This document shows positions 35,670-46,471 of a DNA stretch of 64,000 nucleotides, one piece after another (position 1 is the stretch's first letter; every line of letters begins with the position of its first letter). The position numbers were made by a program, and so were the translations under genes. The notes under the pieces were generated by a model. The model did not search any database, was not told the DNA's origin, and saw only the letters and a list, made by a program, of their open reading frames with translations. The stretch comes from a virus (taxonomy: Duplodnaviria; Caudoviricetes), in the IMG/VR virus record IMGVR_UViG_3300037067_007193, positions 11,589-75,588 of that record; one strand, given 5' to 3'.

Positions 35670-38600
35670 TGCCATCGAGCATTGAAAAACTCTATACTGC
35701 CGGAAGCAAGTATTACGACTTGGGCGGATTTGATGTCTTCTCTACCAAGATGACGAATCCTGAAAGTCGGCAGAAGGTATATGATGCTCTGTCCGCACAT
35801 TATGACCTTGGGGATTACGATACCTTTGATAGCAAGGTTACGGGGGGATTGCGTCCGGTTGGTCCGATAGAAGAAGCGCCTATCCAACAGGCCGAAGCGC
35901 AGCCACAGACACCATTCGGGATGGTCAACCGTTTTGTACAGGATAGCGTTGCGAATGACCCTGACCTTGCGGGGCTTGACGCTGAACTGAATAATGACCT
36001 GTTCGGGCCGGAAGTTGGCAGGCCGCAATTAGCGACTTCTCCGGATACTGGTGGCGTTGGTGTTGAGCTGGAAGAAGCGCCAGCCGTCCAAGATGACGGA
36101 CGCAGTTATCCTGAAAAAGTGAAAGAGTCCTTCCGCCGTGGTATGGTTTCGGCTGATCTGGATGAAGAAGGATTCGATCTATACATGAAACAGGGATTTG
36201 GTGGAGATGTAGAAGAAGCAACCCAAGACTGGCTTAGACGCCGTGCCGATTTCCAGAGGCAGCAACAGGAAGACCCAGTTACGAGTGGTAATCCTTTGAG
36301 CAAGGCTTTCCTGTCAGCCGTAGAAATGACAGGCCCAATGGCGAAAGGCACGCTTGAAGGACTGATATTCGGTGGTATAGCCGCTGGAACCACTGGGCCA
36401 GCGGCCGTTGCTACTGCCCCAATCGCTACCATGATCGGTGCAGGACAATATTGGACACGGCAAGGCTTCGGTTCCATGTATGCCGCGAATCTGGAAAAGG
36501 GTATAGACCCCAAGGTGGCTGGTGCTATTGCCGGTGGGATGGCCCCGATATATGCGGCGATAGAGTTTTCTCAGGTAAGCAAGATTGCACCCGGACTCGA
36601 AAAGGCTATGGTGCGTAAACTCTCTGACAGTGCCACTAAGATAGTCGCCAAAGCTGCCGCGAAATATGGTGCTGACATATTCACTGAATCCGGTGAAGAG
36701 GTGTTGCAGGAAGTGACACAGATGGCAGCGGAAGAAGGCGCGATTGCAATCAACAACCTGATGCACGACACACCAGAAATAAAACACACATCCGCGCAAC
36801 AGGCGTGGGACAGGGTTTACGAAACGTTTAAGAGTACGCTTGCACCTATGGCTATTCTGCTTGGCCCGAAGCGCATACATGGGACGGCTGCTGATGTCAA
36901 GGCCCGCAAGGAACTGGAAAAGGAAGTCCAGAATCTTGATGCTGACCAACTCAAGTCTCTTGGCCTGACCGAAGAAAAACTGAAAACGGATTTCGGAATT
37001 GACCTGAAAGGCAAACCGACCGAGGCGCAACAGAAACGCACTGATGAATATATGTCTGGCGCAGAAGAAAGTATAAAGCGTCAAGTTTCTGAAGCTATGA
37101 AGCCCAAGGACGAAGTTACTCAACCCTTCACCAAGGAACTTTCTCCTGAAGCCGAAGCCGTAATCAAGGAAGCGGAAGCAGAAAAGGCTCCGGCTGTAGA
37201 AACTGACAAAGAGGTCGAGGACATCCTTTCGGGATTCGCCGAGGATGAATCTGAACAAGTAACACAGCCCGTTTCTGAGACTAAAACGACTGAGGCTATA
37301 TCCGAGGTTGCCCAAGAAGAGAAAGCGCCTAAAGTTGTCCCTACGGCTTCACCAGAGGCTCAAGGCGAAACGATCTCTACTCGGCCTACCTCCGGTATAC
37401 CCCAAGAGGAAAAACCGACAGAGACGGAGCGTAAATTTGTCGCCGCGTTAGACGAAGAGGAAAGATTACAAGCCGAAGCGGAAGCCGTCGAAGAAGAAAG
37501 ATTGGTGGCAGAATACAAGGCAGAGCAGCAACCAACTATTAAGGAAAATTTAATAGTTGACCCAGTTGTTGCAGAAAAAGCAACAACTGGGTCTACTGCC
37601 GATGTTTCTGCTGCACCGGTAACAGAAAAACCACTCGGTAACATTGAAGATGTTAAAGCGCAAAAAGAACCGTGGGAAATGACGGCAAAAGAGTTTGATG
37701 CTGAGTTCATGTTTCATGGCAAAGGTGAGAGCCATCCGCTATTTGGAAAAGAAAAAATCACCGGTGGGGCAACTAAGCATTATTCTTTAGCCTCTGGATA
37801 TGCAACAGGAAGCACTACACAACCAGGGAAAGGAGAAGTTCATCTTGTCCGCCGGTCCGAACTACCCGTAGGCGCTATCCAGGAGATGAAAGATACTGGT
37901 AGGGTGGACGTAATATCAGGAATGGGTGTCGTTCCTGCAAAGTCGGCCGGAATTATACCTACTGGGTTAGAAAATCCGCACCAATATATAATAGAAAAGG
38001 CTCTTTCCGAAGGCCGTCCCGTTTCGCCTGAAGTGCTGAAGGATTATCCTGACCTTGCGGCGAAGTACGGGAAGACTGCGCCCTCTTCGGAAACACCTTC
38101 TCTCGTCTTCGCCACTTCTGGCCGTCCTTTCAAGACTGAAAAGGCCGCGCTGAACTATGCCAGACACAAGGGTTCTGGCTATACCGCAGTCCCGGTTGAA
38201 GGTGGATTTGCAGTAAAAGAACCTGAAGTTACCGCTGCGCCCAAGTCGGAAGGCAAGGTCATATCCCAAGCAGAAGCCGACAAGATAGTTGAAAGAGAAC
38301 TCAACCGGCTGGAAAAAGAAAATCTGTCTTGGGAACAAGATGTGAAGTTCTCGGCAAGGCCAGTTTCTACTGCTACCGCACAGCCTTTAGGCATGGGTGT
38401 CATCCAGGTTGAACGCATTCTCCGTCCGCTCAAGGGCAAGCTGAATATCCCTGTCCGTGTCATCGGCTCCATTGAGGACATAGAAGACCTGAAGAACCGT
38501 GCCGCCGCTATCTACGAACAGCGCAAGGACAACGTGGTATCCGGGTACTATGACGAAAAAAGCAACGAGATAGTAGTTATTGCTGATGGTGTTCACAGCG

Positions 38601-41600
38601 AGAAGGAACTTATCTATGACTTAATGAACCATGAAATAATGCACTATGGCACGGCGGGTCTACTTGGTGAAAAAGGCTATGCCGGTTTCCTGTCTGACTT
38701 ACAGAAGGACAAGGTTATCGGCCCGCAGATAAAGAAACTGGCAGAAGATTATGGATGGGGGTCTGAATACGCCGCCTCCGAGTGGTGGGCGATGCAGAGC
38801 GAAGGCAGAGACATTGAAAAACTGCCGACAAATATCATCAACCGCATCCTGTTCTACATCCGCAAGTGGCTGAGAGAGAGATTCGGCGCTGACCGCGTAG
38901 GCTTCACCCGTAATGAACTTCTCGACCTGATGCGCCAGTCGTATGCGTATGCATTAGGTGGTGAAGCAACAGCCAAAACAGCCGAAGGTGAAACCGCTTT
39001 CCGCGTTCAGGAAAGCGCCGCTACTGTGTTGCGTCAACTCAAGGAAGTCTACTCTGCAATTGAGACGCTTCCACCTGTCAGGAGTGGACAGTCTACTTCC
39101 GGTATCCGCCAGAGGCTTGAAGCCAAAGCGCAAGAACTTGAGAATAGGATTCAAAGCGGTGAAGTAAGGTTCCGTTCTCAGCCTTCCGGACCGCGTCTGG
39201 AAAAAATAGTGCAGGGGATGGAACGCGCCTTAGCGGAAAGGTTCGCTGAAAGCGTCAAGCAGGGATTGGCAGGAGAAGGTTCCAAGAAAGATTACATAAA
39301 GAAACACTATTCTGATCTTATCCGTGAACGTATCAAGGCCATAAAGCAGGGGCATCTTATCGGCGGGCGGGGCTTGAAGGAATCCCTGGATGAAGTCAAG
39401 CGGTTTATTCTGAACTACGCCCGCGAGTACCTGCCGAAAGAAGGTATCACCCGTGGTCAGGTGAAGCCCCTGTTGACTGCCGTTGCCACTGCCGAAAATG
39501 CCGATGACATGCTGGTTGCCTATGACCGTGTGGACAAAATTACCAGAACCGTGACGGAAAAGGAATTGCGTGGCGACATTTCCAAACTGGTGAAAAAATA
39601 CAAAACGGTAAGGAAAGACAACAGACTCAAAGGCAAGTTGGTGGCGGATGAGCAACACAGGGTTGATGACATCAACGCTATTATCCGCATGAAGCCCGAT
39701 CAGGTTAAGGCCGAGATGGAGAAAATTTTCGAGGCCATGAACAACCGGGCGAAAGATCAGAACAATCCCGATGCCGGTGAAGCGACCGCCTTAGAAAATG
39801 AAATGCTTTACCGGCTGGACAAATTTGGTGATTTGCGGCACAAGACGGTGGGGCAGTTGCGGGCGGCGAAAGCCGAACTGGAAGAGATTATCGCCACTGG
39901 CAAGAGCAAGCGTCAAGCCAAAGACGAGGCCCGCAGGGAAAAGATGAATCAGTTTGTGGGCGGACAGCTTGAGTTGCTGACCAGCCACAAGGGTATTCTG
40001 AGCGAAGAGCAGGTTGCCGCGCTCGGCAAGCAGAAGAAAGAGGGCATAATCACTCTCGGCCTTCAGGGACAGTTCAGTTTCGAGTACCTGCTGGATGAAC
40101 TGAACAAGGCACAGAAGGATGCCAAACCCCTGCACACCGCACTGAACAACTTCTTCATGCCGAAGATTCACACGGCGCGGAACTCAGAAACCAAGGGCAT
40201 CCGCGAAACCATGAAGATGGTTCAGGAGAAGATGGCCGAGATTTACGGAACCAAGAGCGCCAACGAACTCCTGAAACTCGCCACCAAGAACACCGTCCCG
40301 GAAGACACTGGTGTCAAGGTGAAGCAGGGTGAAACCGAAGTCCCGCTGATTCTCAGCCAGGAACAGGCGTACAAACTCTGGCAGGAGTGGCAAGACCCCA
40401 CACTTGCCGAGACGTTTGAAAAGATGGGCTATACTCAGGAAACGATAAACGGGCTTGAGAAATTCATCACTCCTGAAAACATGAAGTGGGCCAAGTGGCA
40501 ACTCGATGAGTTCTACCCGCAATACTATGAAAGCGTAAACAAGGTATTCCGCGAACGCTATGACGTTGACCTGCCGTTCAACCCGGTCTATTCCCCTATC
40601 GCCCGCAGATACAACCGGAACGATGCGGAAGATGACCTGATGTTGAACGAGAATAAGTCGTACTTCTCCGGGGTGTACAGTCGCCACCTGATGTCGAGAG
40701 TGAACAATACACGCGGGCTGAAGTTGCTTGGCGGGGATACCACGTTGATAAACCATATCCTTGAGATGGAGCATTTCAAGGCGTGGGCGGAACCGATGCG
40801 GGAGATGCGTTCGTTCTTCTCCAATGAGAAGGTGCGCACGGCGATAAAGCAGAACTTCGGGCCGCACACGATGCGCAAGGTCGATGATTTCCTGAACGAT
40901 ATGGCGCGTGGAAAGCTCGATCCCCGTGGTGTAGACCACTTCCTTGATGCCATGCGCCGGAACTTTACCACTGCCGTGCTTGGGATAAACCTGACGCTGA
41001 TTCCGAAGCAGATGGCTTCCTTCCCGGCGTATTGGGCCGAGATACCGACAACCGACTTTTGGGGTGGATTCGTTGACTTCATGCGCAACCCGCGCAAGGC
41101 GATGGATGTGCTTGCCGAATCCGAAACCCTGAAGGCGCGGTATGGAGAAGGCTTTGACCGGGACATAATGCTGGCGTGGCATAAGACTTCACAGCATGAA
41201 CTTTCCGGCAAGCGCAGTTGGCGGGACATTGTAATGTTCCCGACTCTCGTTGGTGACAAGGTGGCTGTAGTCATGGGCGGGTGGTCTGTATACCGCTATC
41301 ACTACCGCAAGGCGCTTGGGGTCGGGATGTCAGAAGCCGATGCCAAGAAGAAAGCCATGTACGAATTTGAGATGTCCACGAACCGTTCACAACAGGCGGG
41401 CAATATCGAAGACCTGCCTTCCTTGATGCGCGGGAACTCGTGGGCGAAACTGTTCACCATGTTCCAGACTGCCCCGAACTCGTATTTCAGGATAGAAGCA
41501 TCCGCTATCCGGAACCTTGTGCGCGGTCGCGGCAACACAGCCGAGAACCTGAAGCGTCTTGCCGTCTCTCACTTTGTTCTCCCGATGCTGTTCCAGTTTG

Positions 41601-42505
41601 TAGCCAATGGTTTCAGATGGAAAGATGATGACCAGTTCCGGGCCGCCCTTCTTGGTTCTCTGAATGGGCTTCTGATTGTGGGTAACTGGTTGGAAGACAT
41701 TGCTCAGGCCGGTGTGTCCACCGCCATGAAACTCCCCTACTTCATTGGAGAGACGGGCGGGAACCCGGTCTTTGAGAACTTCACGCAACTGAAAGATGCC
41801 GTTATCCGCGCAGCAAAGGTAGCACGAGACGGTGATTATACATGGAAAGACATCACCTTTGTCATCGACAAGTCGGCTGACTTTATCGGCAAGGCTATCG
41901 GTGTCCCGGTAGGCGCTCCGCTGAGAATTGGCGAAGGCGCTTATCGTTTCATGGAGCGCGGGGAAATCAAGCCGCTGGAACTGCTTGGATATTCCCAATA
42001 CGCACTCGGAGAATCAAACCCGAAGCGTCAATTGCTCAACTCCCTGGAAGAATACTACGAAGTCCCGAAAGACGAACGCGACCCGCGCCAGTTGCAGCAG
42101 TTGAAGGCTGACATCGAGGAATACAACAAGAACGCATACAAGAACGAGTCGGCCCTGATCCGGGAGGAAGAAACCAAGCGCCTGTCCCGCGAACCAAAAC
42201 AAGTGGCGATGGAACTTCTGAGTTCCAGTTCCGAGCGGGTACTGAGCGACAATTCTGTGAAACTGTTCAGGCATAAACTGAATCTGGCCCTGGAACACGG
42301 CGCGATCACTCAGAAGCAGTACGACCGCTACTTGGGCGACTTCAACACGAACCAGGAAGCACAGAAGGCCTTGAAAGAGACGTACTACAAGTTGGGCGAA
42401 GAACCGCCGAAGAAATCAAACAGGGCGATACCGGGGCAACCGCGCCCGCCGCAGCCGCCAAGACAGAACAGAACCAACAGAACACCTTTGATATATACAC
42501 AGTAA
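35669..42505 (+). CDS. giant polyvalent-type internal virion protein (2278 aa)
   Basis: HEIMH zincin-like motif near 38630; FHG...HYSLASGYA ART-like segment near 37710; long helical C-terminal region. Confidence 0.7.
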   Translation: MPSSIEKLYTAGSKYYDLGGFDVFSTKMTNPESRQKVYDALSAHYDLGDYDTFDSKVTGGLRPVGPIEEAPIQQAEAQPQTPFGMVNRFVQDSVANDPDLAGLDAELNNDLFGPEVGRPQLATSPDTGGVGVELEEAPAVQDDGRSYPEKVKESFRRGMVSADLDEEGFDLYMKQGFGGDVEEATQDWLRRRADFQRQQQEDPVTSGNPLSKAFLSAVEMTGPMAKGTLEGLIFGGIAAGTTGPAAVATAPIATMIGAGQYWTRQGFGSMYAANLEKGIDPKVAGAIAGGMAPIYAAIEFSQVSKIAPGLEKAMVRKLSDSATKIVAKAAAKYGADIFTESGEEVLQEVTQMAAEEGAIAINNLMHDTPEIKHTSAQQAWDRVYETFKSTLAPMAILLGPKRIHGTAADVKARKELEKEVQNLDADQLKSLGLTEEKLKTDFGIDLKGKPTEAQQKRTDEYMSGAEESIKRQVSEAMKPKDEVTQPFTKELSPEAEAVIKEAEAEKAPAVETDKEVEDILSGFAEDESEQVTQPVSETKTTEAISEVAQEEKAPKVVPTASPEAQGETISTRPTSGIPQEEKPTETERKFVAALDEEERLQAEAEAVEEERLVAEYKAEQQPTIKENLIVDPVVAEKATTGSTADVSAAPVTEKPLGNIEDVKAQKEPWEMTAKEFDAEFMFHGKGESHPLFGKEKITGGATKHYSLASGYATGSTTQPGKGEVHLVRRSELPVGAIQEMKDTGRVDVISGMGVVPAKSAGIIPTGLENPHQYIIEKALSEGRPVSPEVLKDYPDLAAKYGKTAPSSETPSLVFATSGRPFKTEKAALNYARHKGSGYTAVPVEGGFAVKEPEVTAAPKSEGKVISQAEADKIVERELNRLEKENLSWEQDVKFSARPVSTATAQPLGMGVIQVERILRPLKGKLNIPVRVIGSIEDIEDLKNRAAAIYEQRKDNVVSGYYDEKSNEIVVIADGVHSEKELIYDLMNHEIMHYGTAGLLGEKGYAGFLSDLQKDKVIGPQIKKLAEDYGWGSEYAASEWWAMQSEGRDIEKLPTNIINRILFYIRKWLRERFGADRVGFTRNELLDLMRQSYAYALGGEATAKTAEGETAFRVQESAATVLRQLKEVYSAIETLPPVRSGQSTSGIRQRLEAKAQELENRIQSGEVRFRSQPSGPRLEKIVQGMERALAERFAESVKQGLAGEGSKKDYIKKHYSDLIRERIKAIKQGHLIGGRGLKESLDEVKRFILNYAREYLPKEGITRGQVKPLLTAVATAENADDMLVAYDRVDKITRTVTEKELRGDISKLVKKYKTVRKDNRLKGKLVADEQHRVDDINAIIRMKPDQVKAEMEKIFEAMNNRAKDQNNPDAGEATALENEMLYRLDKFGDLRHKTVGQLRAAKAELEEIIATGKSKRQAKDEARREKMNQFVGGQLELLTSHKGILSEEQVAALGKQKKEGIITLGLQGQFSFEYLLDELNKAQKDAKPLHTALNNFFMPKIHTARNSETKGIRETMKMVQEKMAEIYGTKSANELLKLATKNTVPEDTGVKVKQGETEVPLILSQEQAYKLWQEWQDPTLAETFEKMGYTQETINGLEKFITPENMKWAKWQLDEFYPQYYESVNKVFRERYDVDLPFNPVYSPIARRYNRNDAEDDLMLNENKSYFSGVYSRHLMSRVNNTRGLKLLGGDTTLINHILEMEHFKAWAEPMREMRSFFSNEKVRTAIKQNFGPHTMRKVDDFLNDMARGKLDPRGVDHFLDAMRRNFTTAVLGINLTLIPKQMASFPAYWAEIPTTDFWGGFVDFMRNPRKAMDVLAESETLKARYGEGFDRDIMLAWHKTSQHELSGKRSWRDIVMFPTLVGDKVAVVMGGWSVYRYHYRKALGVGMSEADAKKKAMYEFEMSTNRSQQAGNIEDLPSLMRGNSWAKLFTMFQTAPNSYFRIEASAIRNLVRGRGNTAENLKRLAVSHFVLPMLFQFVANGFRWKDDDQFRAALLGSLNGLLIVGNWLEDIAQAGVSTAMKLPYFIGETGGNPVFENFTQLKDAVIRAAKVARDGDYTWKDITFVIDKSADFIGKAIGVPVGAPLRIGEGAYRFMERGEIKPLELLGYSQYALGESNPKRQLLNSLEEYYEVPKDERDPRQLQQLKADIEEYNKNAYKNESALIREEETKRLSREPKQVAMELLSSSSERVLSDNSVKLFRHKLNLALEHGAITQKQYDRYLGDFNTNQEAQKALKETYYKLGEEPPKKSNRAIPGQPRPPQPPRQNRTNRTPLIYTQ

Positions 42506-42517
42506 GGAGCAGTTGTT

Positions 42518-43738
42518 ATGGCAGACCGCGCTTTAATGGTTCTCGCGCCACGGTACAAAAGCTGGAAAAACGACGGCACGGTTAATTCCGGTGGCAAGGT
42601 GTATTTTTATGAGGCTGGAACCACCACGCTTAAAGACACTTATGAGGATGCCGAATGCACCACGGAGAATGCCAACCCGGTGGTTCTGGACAGTCGGGGT
42701 GAAGCCGCTATTTACGGACGCGGGGCGTACAAGATCGTCGAGTACGACAGCAGCGATAACCAACTTGGCGATGCAATGGATGGGATATTACTTCCCGACA
42801 TGACTGCCGCTGCGCTTGGATTTCTGAACGATGCCACTACAACCGCGATGCGCACCACGCTTGGGCTTGGGACTGCGGCGACAAAAGATACCGGAACATC
42901 TGCGGGGAATGTGGTGGTGCTGGATGACGAAGGTGCGCTACCTGCTGTCAGTGGCAAGAATCTGACCGAGATTGCCGCCGGAGCCGTCGCCCTGCCCCGT
43001 GGATACTTGAGTGGATTTACACTTTCCCGTTCTGCCGTTACAACCCTTGGCATTGCAGCCGGATCGTGTGCAGACAGTACGAACGGGGCCAACATGAGCC
43101 TGAGTTCCGCGTACACCAAGACACTGGCATCATGGGCTGTCGGAACCGGAAAGGGTTCGCTGGATTCTGGTTCGATAGCTATAAGTACTTGGTATAGCGT
43201 ATTTTGCGTCTATAATGCAACATCTACGACAACGGATATTCTTATATCCAAAAGCGCCACCAGCCCGACCATGCCGAGTGGATATGGGTATTCCCGCAGA
43301 ATAGGTTCGTTCAAGACGGACAGTTCGGCACAGATAACCAATTTTAGTCAGTATGGGGATGAGTTTCTATGGTTGGACGGCCCGGAAGACCTGAATCAAG
43401 CGGGCGATGGCTACCTTGACGCCAGCGCAACCAATGTTACACTGACTGTTCCAACCGGTGTGAAAGTGTGGGCAATAATCAACGCAACAGCAGGGAACAG
43501 CGGTTCTGCAACCAACGTGTATTTCAGTTCGCCGGACGTTGACGATGAAGGCCCAAGTTCCTACACTACCCCGCCGTTTGGACAACTCAACGTGGCGACA
43601 ACGAGTTTGCGTTATTCAAGCGGGCAGATGAGGATACGCACCAACACCAGTGCGCAGATTCGGGTGCGTCCAGACCAAGATGACACGGCGGTTGATATTT
43701 TCACCGCCGGTTGGATTGATCTGAGAGGGAAAGATTAG
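42518..43738 (+). CDS. tail fibre / tailspike-type protein
   Basis: N-terminal GGKVYFYEAGTTT..TY...NANPVVLDSRG head-binding-like motif; GLGTAATKDTGT linker. Confidence 0.7.
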   Translation: MADRALMVLAPRYKSWKNDGTVNSGGKVYFYEAGTTTLKDTYEDAECTTENANPVVLDSRGEAAIYGRGAYKIVEYDSSDNQLGDAMDGILLPDMTAAALGFLNDATTTAMRTTLGLGTAATKDTGTSAGNVVVLDDEGALPAVSGKNLTEIAAGAVALPRGYLSGFTLSRSAVTTLGIAAGSCADSTNGANMSLSSAYTKTLASWAVGTGKGSLDSGSIAISTWYSVFCVYNATSTTTDILISKSATSPTMPSGYGYSRRIGSFKTDSSAQITNFSQYGDEFLWLDGPEDLNQAGDGYLDASATNVTLTVPTGVKVWAIINATAGNSGSATNVYFSSPDVDDEGPSSYTTPPFGQLNVATTSLRYSSGQMRIRTNTSAQIRVRPDQDDTAVDIFTAGWIDLRGKD

Positions 43739-43789
43739 TCCTGAATTTAAGACATTCTTGTATTGATATAATTTTATCAGGAGGACACG

Positions 43790-44776
43790 ATGGGAAAACT
43801 CAGAGACTATAGAAATGTTCTTTTTAAAATCTTCAATCGAGGATCGGAAATGTTAGTCCGCAGATGTGTATTGATCTTTCTTGTACCATTGCTGCTGGTG
43901 GGCGCTCCCCTACTGGCACAGAATACAAATTCTTCCTCTACCGACCTTGACATCGTGAGTCCGTTGAGCGGAGATGACAACTTGCGCGTGGAAGTACCGG
44001 CTTATCTGATGGCGGACAACCGCGTGGGTTCTCTGGTGTCCGCATGGAGTACAGGGGCTACGGTTGACTCGATACTTTCCTATGCGGATGGACAGGAAAT
44101 GTATTGGGTGGTTTCGGTGGAATCTTTTTCAGCGGATTCCATTGCGATTCTGAAGATTGAGGAACTGCGACCCGGCTCTTCAAAGGTGCTGAAGGTTTAC
44201 CGCGAAACGGTGGATTGGGGAGCCAGATCAACAGCGCACCGCGAGGATAGTTTGGGAAGCGCCCCGATGGGCTTGAATATAACGGTGTGTGCGGCTTCCG
44301 CCATTGCACCCTTGAGCCAGACCGTACGTTCCTCCTGGCGTTGGTATTTGTACCTGAGCAAGACTAAAACCATTGATGGTTCAAGGGACGGTGCGGTTGC
44401 CACATGGTCTAAGCCTATGCTGGATACGTTGACCATTTCGGGCAGAGACACACTGGCTGAAGGTTCTTTAGGGGACACGCTGTTTACCAAAGCCATTCCA
44501 GGTAGCTTCGGATATGTCACTCTATTTATTCAGGGTGACAGCGCGGCGGCGGTCAATATCTCGTCTCAGGTGAAGTACAACGGTGGGGATTGGGCTGGCC
44601 CACTGGATACCACGTTCGCATTCTTTTCCATCTTGGACAACGTAGTAGTCAGTTCAACGGGGCCAAAAGCCTACTGGACATCCGGAACCCCATCCGACTC
44701 CACGCGCTTTGTGATTATAAACAAGATGGATGGCCGTGGACTCATCCAGTTCATTAAAGCCCTGTGGAGGGACTAA
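43790..44776 (+). CDS. putative secreted protein
   Basis: Hydrophobic segment ending LLAQ (alternative start 43850). Confidence 0.55.
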   Translation: MGKLRDYRNVLFKIFNRGSEMLVRRCVLIFLVPLLLVGAPLLAQNTNSSSTDLDIVSPLSGDDNLRVEVPAYLMADNRVGSLVSAWSTGATVDSILSYADGQEMYWVVSVESFSADSIAILKIEELRPGSSKVLKVYRETVDWGARSTAHREDSLGSAPMGLNITVCAASAIAPLSQTVRSSWRWYLYLSKTKTIDGSRDGAVATWSKPMLDTLTISGRDTLAEGSLGDTLFTKAIPGSFGYVTLFIQGDSAAAVNISSQVKYNGGDWAGPLDTTFAFFSILDNVVVSSTGPKAYWTSGTPSDSTRFVIINKMDGRGLIQFIKALWRD

Positions 44777-46428
44777 TGCGAAAACTGATCCTGTTCCTCT
44801 TGCTTCCCGGCCTGCTGTTGGCACAGACCGAAAAAAAAGTCGGTAACTTGTTGACCGTGAAACAGGTTCAGACGGCGAAAGCCGAGACTCCGCCGCACAT
44901 GGTCAAGCGCATGGGCAAGCAGACAGACTGTGTCACTGTGTATCAGGACTCCGCGCACTTTGCCCGCAAGGAGTATGACAAAGGGCGGTTCAAGGCGGAA
45001 ATATCATCTGTCCCGATACGCTGGAACGACGCCGGGACGTTGAAAGACTTTGACCTCGCGCCAGTGAAATCCAGCCGTGCGGGATACGATCAGCGGGTGC
45101 GCATGGGCAAAACCACGGTCGATATCGATTCCACCGGACGGGTGTACTACGAGAAAGGCGGGCAAGGTTTTGAGATTATCCCGAACGCGGCGACCGCGGA
45201 AATCAGGAAAGAGGTCGAGTTTTCCACAACCCGGATGAAAGAGTTGCTGATCGTGGGCGCAAAAGACCCGCGTCACTTGGGTTGGAGGATAAACGGCGAC
45301 ATTGAAATCGCCAGGCGGAAGATCGAGCCGTTCACAGCCTGGGACAGGAAAGGCAAACCCGTGGAGGTGTCAGGAAAATGGATGGGCGACAGCCTGACCG
45401 TGGACCTGCCCGCGGGGGAAATCTGGCTCGATCCAACTGTAAACGATACCATTATCAGTGCAAGCAGCGGCGGGTTTGAGTCTTACGTTAATGCGACATT
45501 CGCAGAAAACAGAGACGATCCGTCAGCATCTATGACTGCTCAACAGTGGGGTTCAGTGGGACAGTTACTCCGTACGGGCGGGGGGGATGCGAAAACTGTT
45601 TGTCGTGTCTTTATGACAATTAAAGTGCCCACAATAGTTGGGGTGATAATCGATTCTGGGAGAGTGCATATCCGTGTCGGTAACGGCAACCAGATGGTTG
45701 ATAGTCTATCTGTTTTCGGTGTGTGGGGAACATGGACAGGAGGGGTGTTATCCATCACATGGTGGAATAAGTTTCAGGGGCAGCAGACGGGAGCGCCACA
45801 TACGAGTGTTAACCCGTTTTCTGATCTGATACATGTGTCTAAGCTGGGAGATTTTGAGGATAGTCTCGCGTGGAAAAGCGCCCTGTTTACAGCCGCAGCA
45901 CTGGACACGATAGCAGCCAAAATGGATGGTGTGGGTGACGATTCGGTGAGAATCGCCCTGATTGGACGTGCAGATATGTATAATAGTGGGGCGGTGGGGC
46001 AAGCGACATGGGAGCCGATGAGTTATCCGTATATTTCGCTTTTCTATCACATAGGATCGGCTCCTGGCCTATCAACACTGGCCGACAGCGCACGCGCTTC
46101 CGCTATCCTGGTTGGGAAAATAGACTCCACGGGCGGGCTAAACTGCACGTCGCGGGGCTTCGAGTGGTGGATTGACGCCGACACTACCGAGATGAGCAAG
46201 AGTGGATCATTCACCGCCGGGGCGTTCCAGGATACAATCGAGGTATTGCCGATTGGAGTGACAGTCAGCTACCGTTGTTTTGCTGAAAATCCGAAAGGAA
46301 AGACCTATGGGGATGTAAAGACATTCACCACCGGCGCGGGCGGGGGGGGGGATGCTGATACTATTTACATCAACACCAGGGCTACATCGACAGGACGCGG
46401 ACCACGTAGGTTTGAAGGAAAGAGATGA
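44776..46428 (+). CDS. putative secreted multi-domain protein
   Basis: MRKLILFLLLPGLLLAQ signal peptide; LDPT linker; C-terminal Fn3-like segment. Confidence 0.6.
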   Translation: MRKLILFLLLPGLLLAQTEKKVGNLLTVKQVQTAKAETPPHMVKRMGKQTDCVTVYQDSAHFARKEYDKGRFKAEISSVPIRWNDAGTLKDFDLAPVKSSRAGYDQRVRMGKTTVDIDSTGRVYYEKGGQGFEIIPNAATAEIRKEVEFSTTRMKELLIVGAKDPRHLGWRINGDIEIARRKIEPFTAWDRKGKPVEVSGKWMGDSLTVDLPAGEIWLDPTVNDTIISASSGGFESYVNATFAENRDDPSASMTAQQWGSVGQLLRTGGGDAKTVCRVFMTIKVPTIVGVIIDSGRVHIRVGNGNQMVDSLSVFGVWGTWTGGVLSITWWNKFQGQQTGAPHTSVNPFSDLIHVSKLGDFEDSLAWKSALFTAAALDTIAAKMDGVGDDSVRIALIGRADMYNSGAVGQATWEPMSYPYISLFYHIGSAPGLSTLADSARASAILVGKIDSTGGLNCTSRGFEWWIDADTTEMSKSGSFTAGAFQDTIEVLPIGVTVSYRCFAENPKGKTYGDVKTFTTGAGGGGDADTIYINTRATSTGRGPRRFEGKR

Positions 46429-46471
46429 ATGTTTTTAGCCTCTTAAAACTCCCAAGGCAGGAAACCATGTA

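Noticed and set aside
22361-42298. Long minus-strand ORFs (e.g. 22361-23515, 24111-25130, 36314-37315, 40184-41182)
   Set aside because: Antisense shadows of well-supported plus-strand structural genes, with no motifs or RBS
29851-46428. Diversity-generating retroelement acting on tail genes
   Set aside because: No reverse transcriptase and no template/variable repeat pair differing at adenines seen in the window
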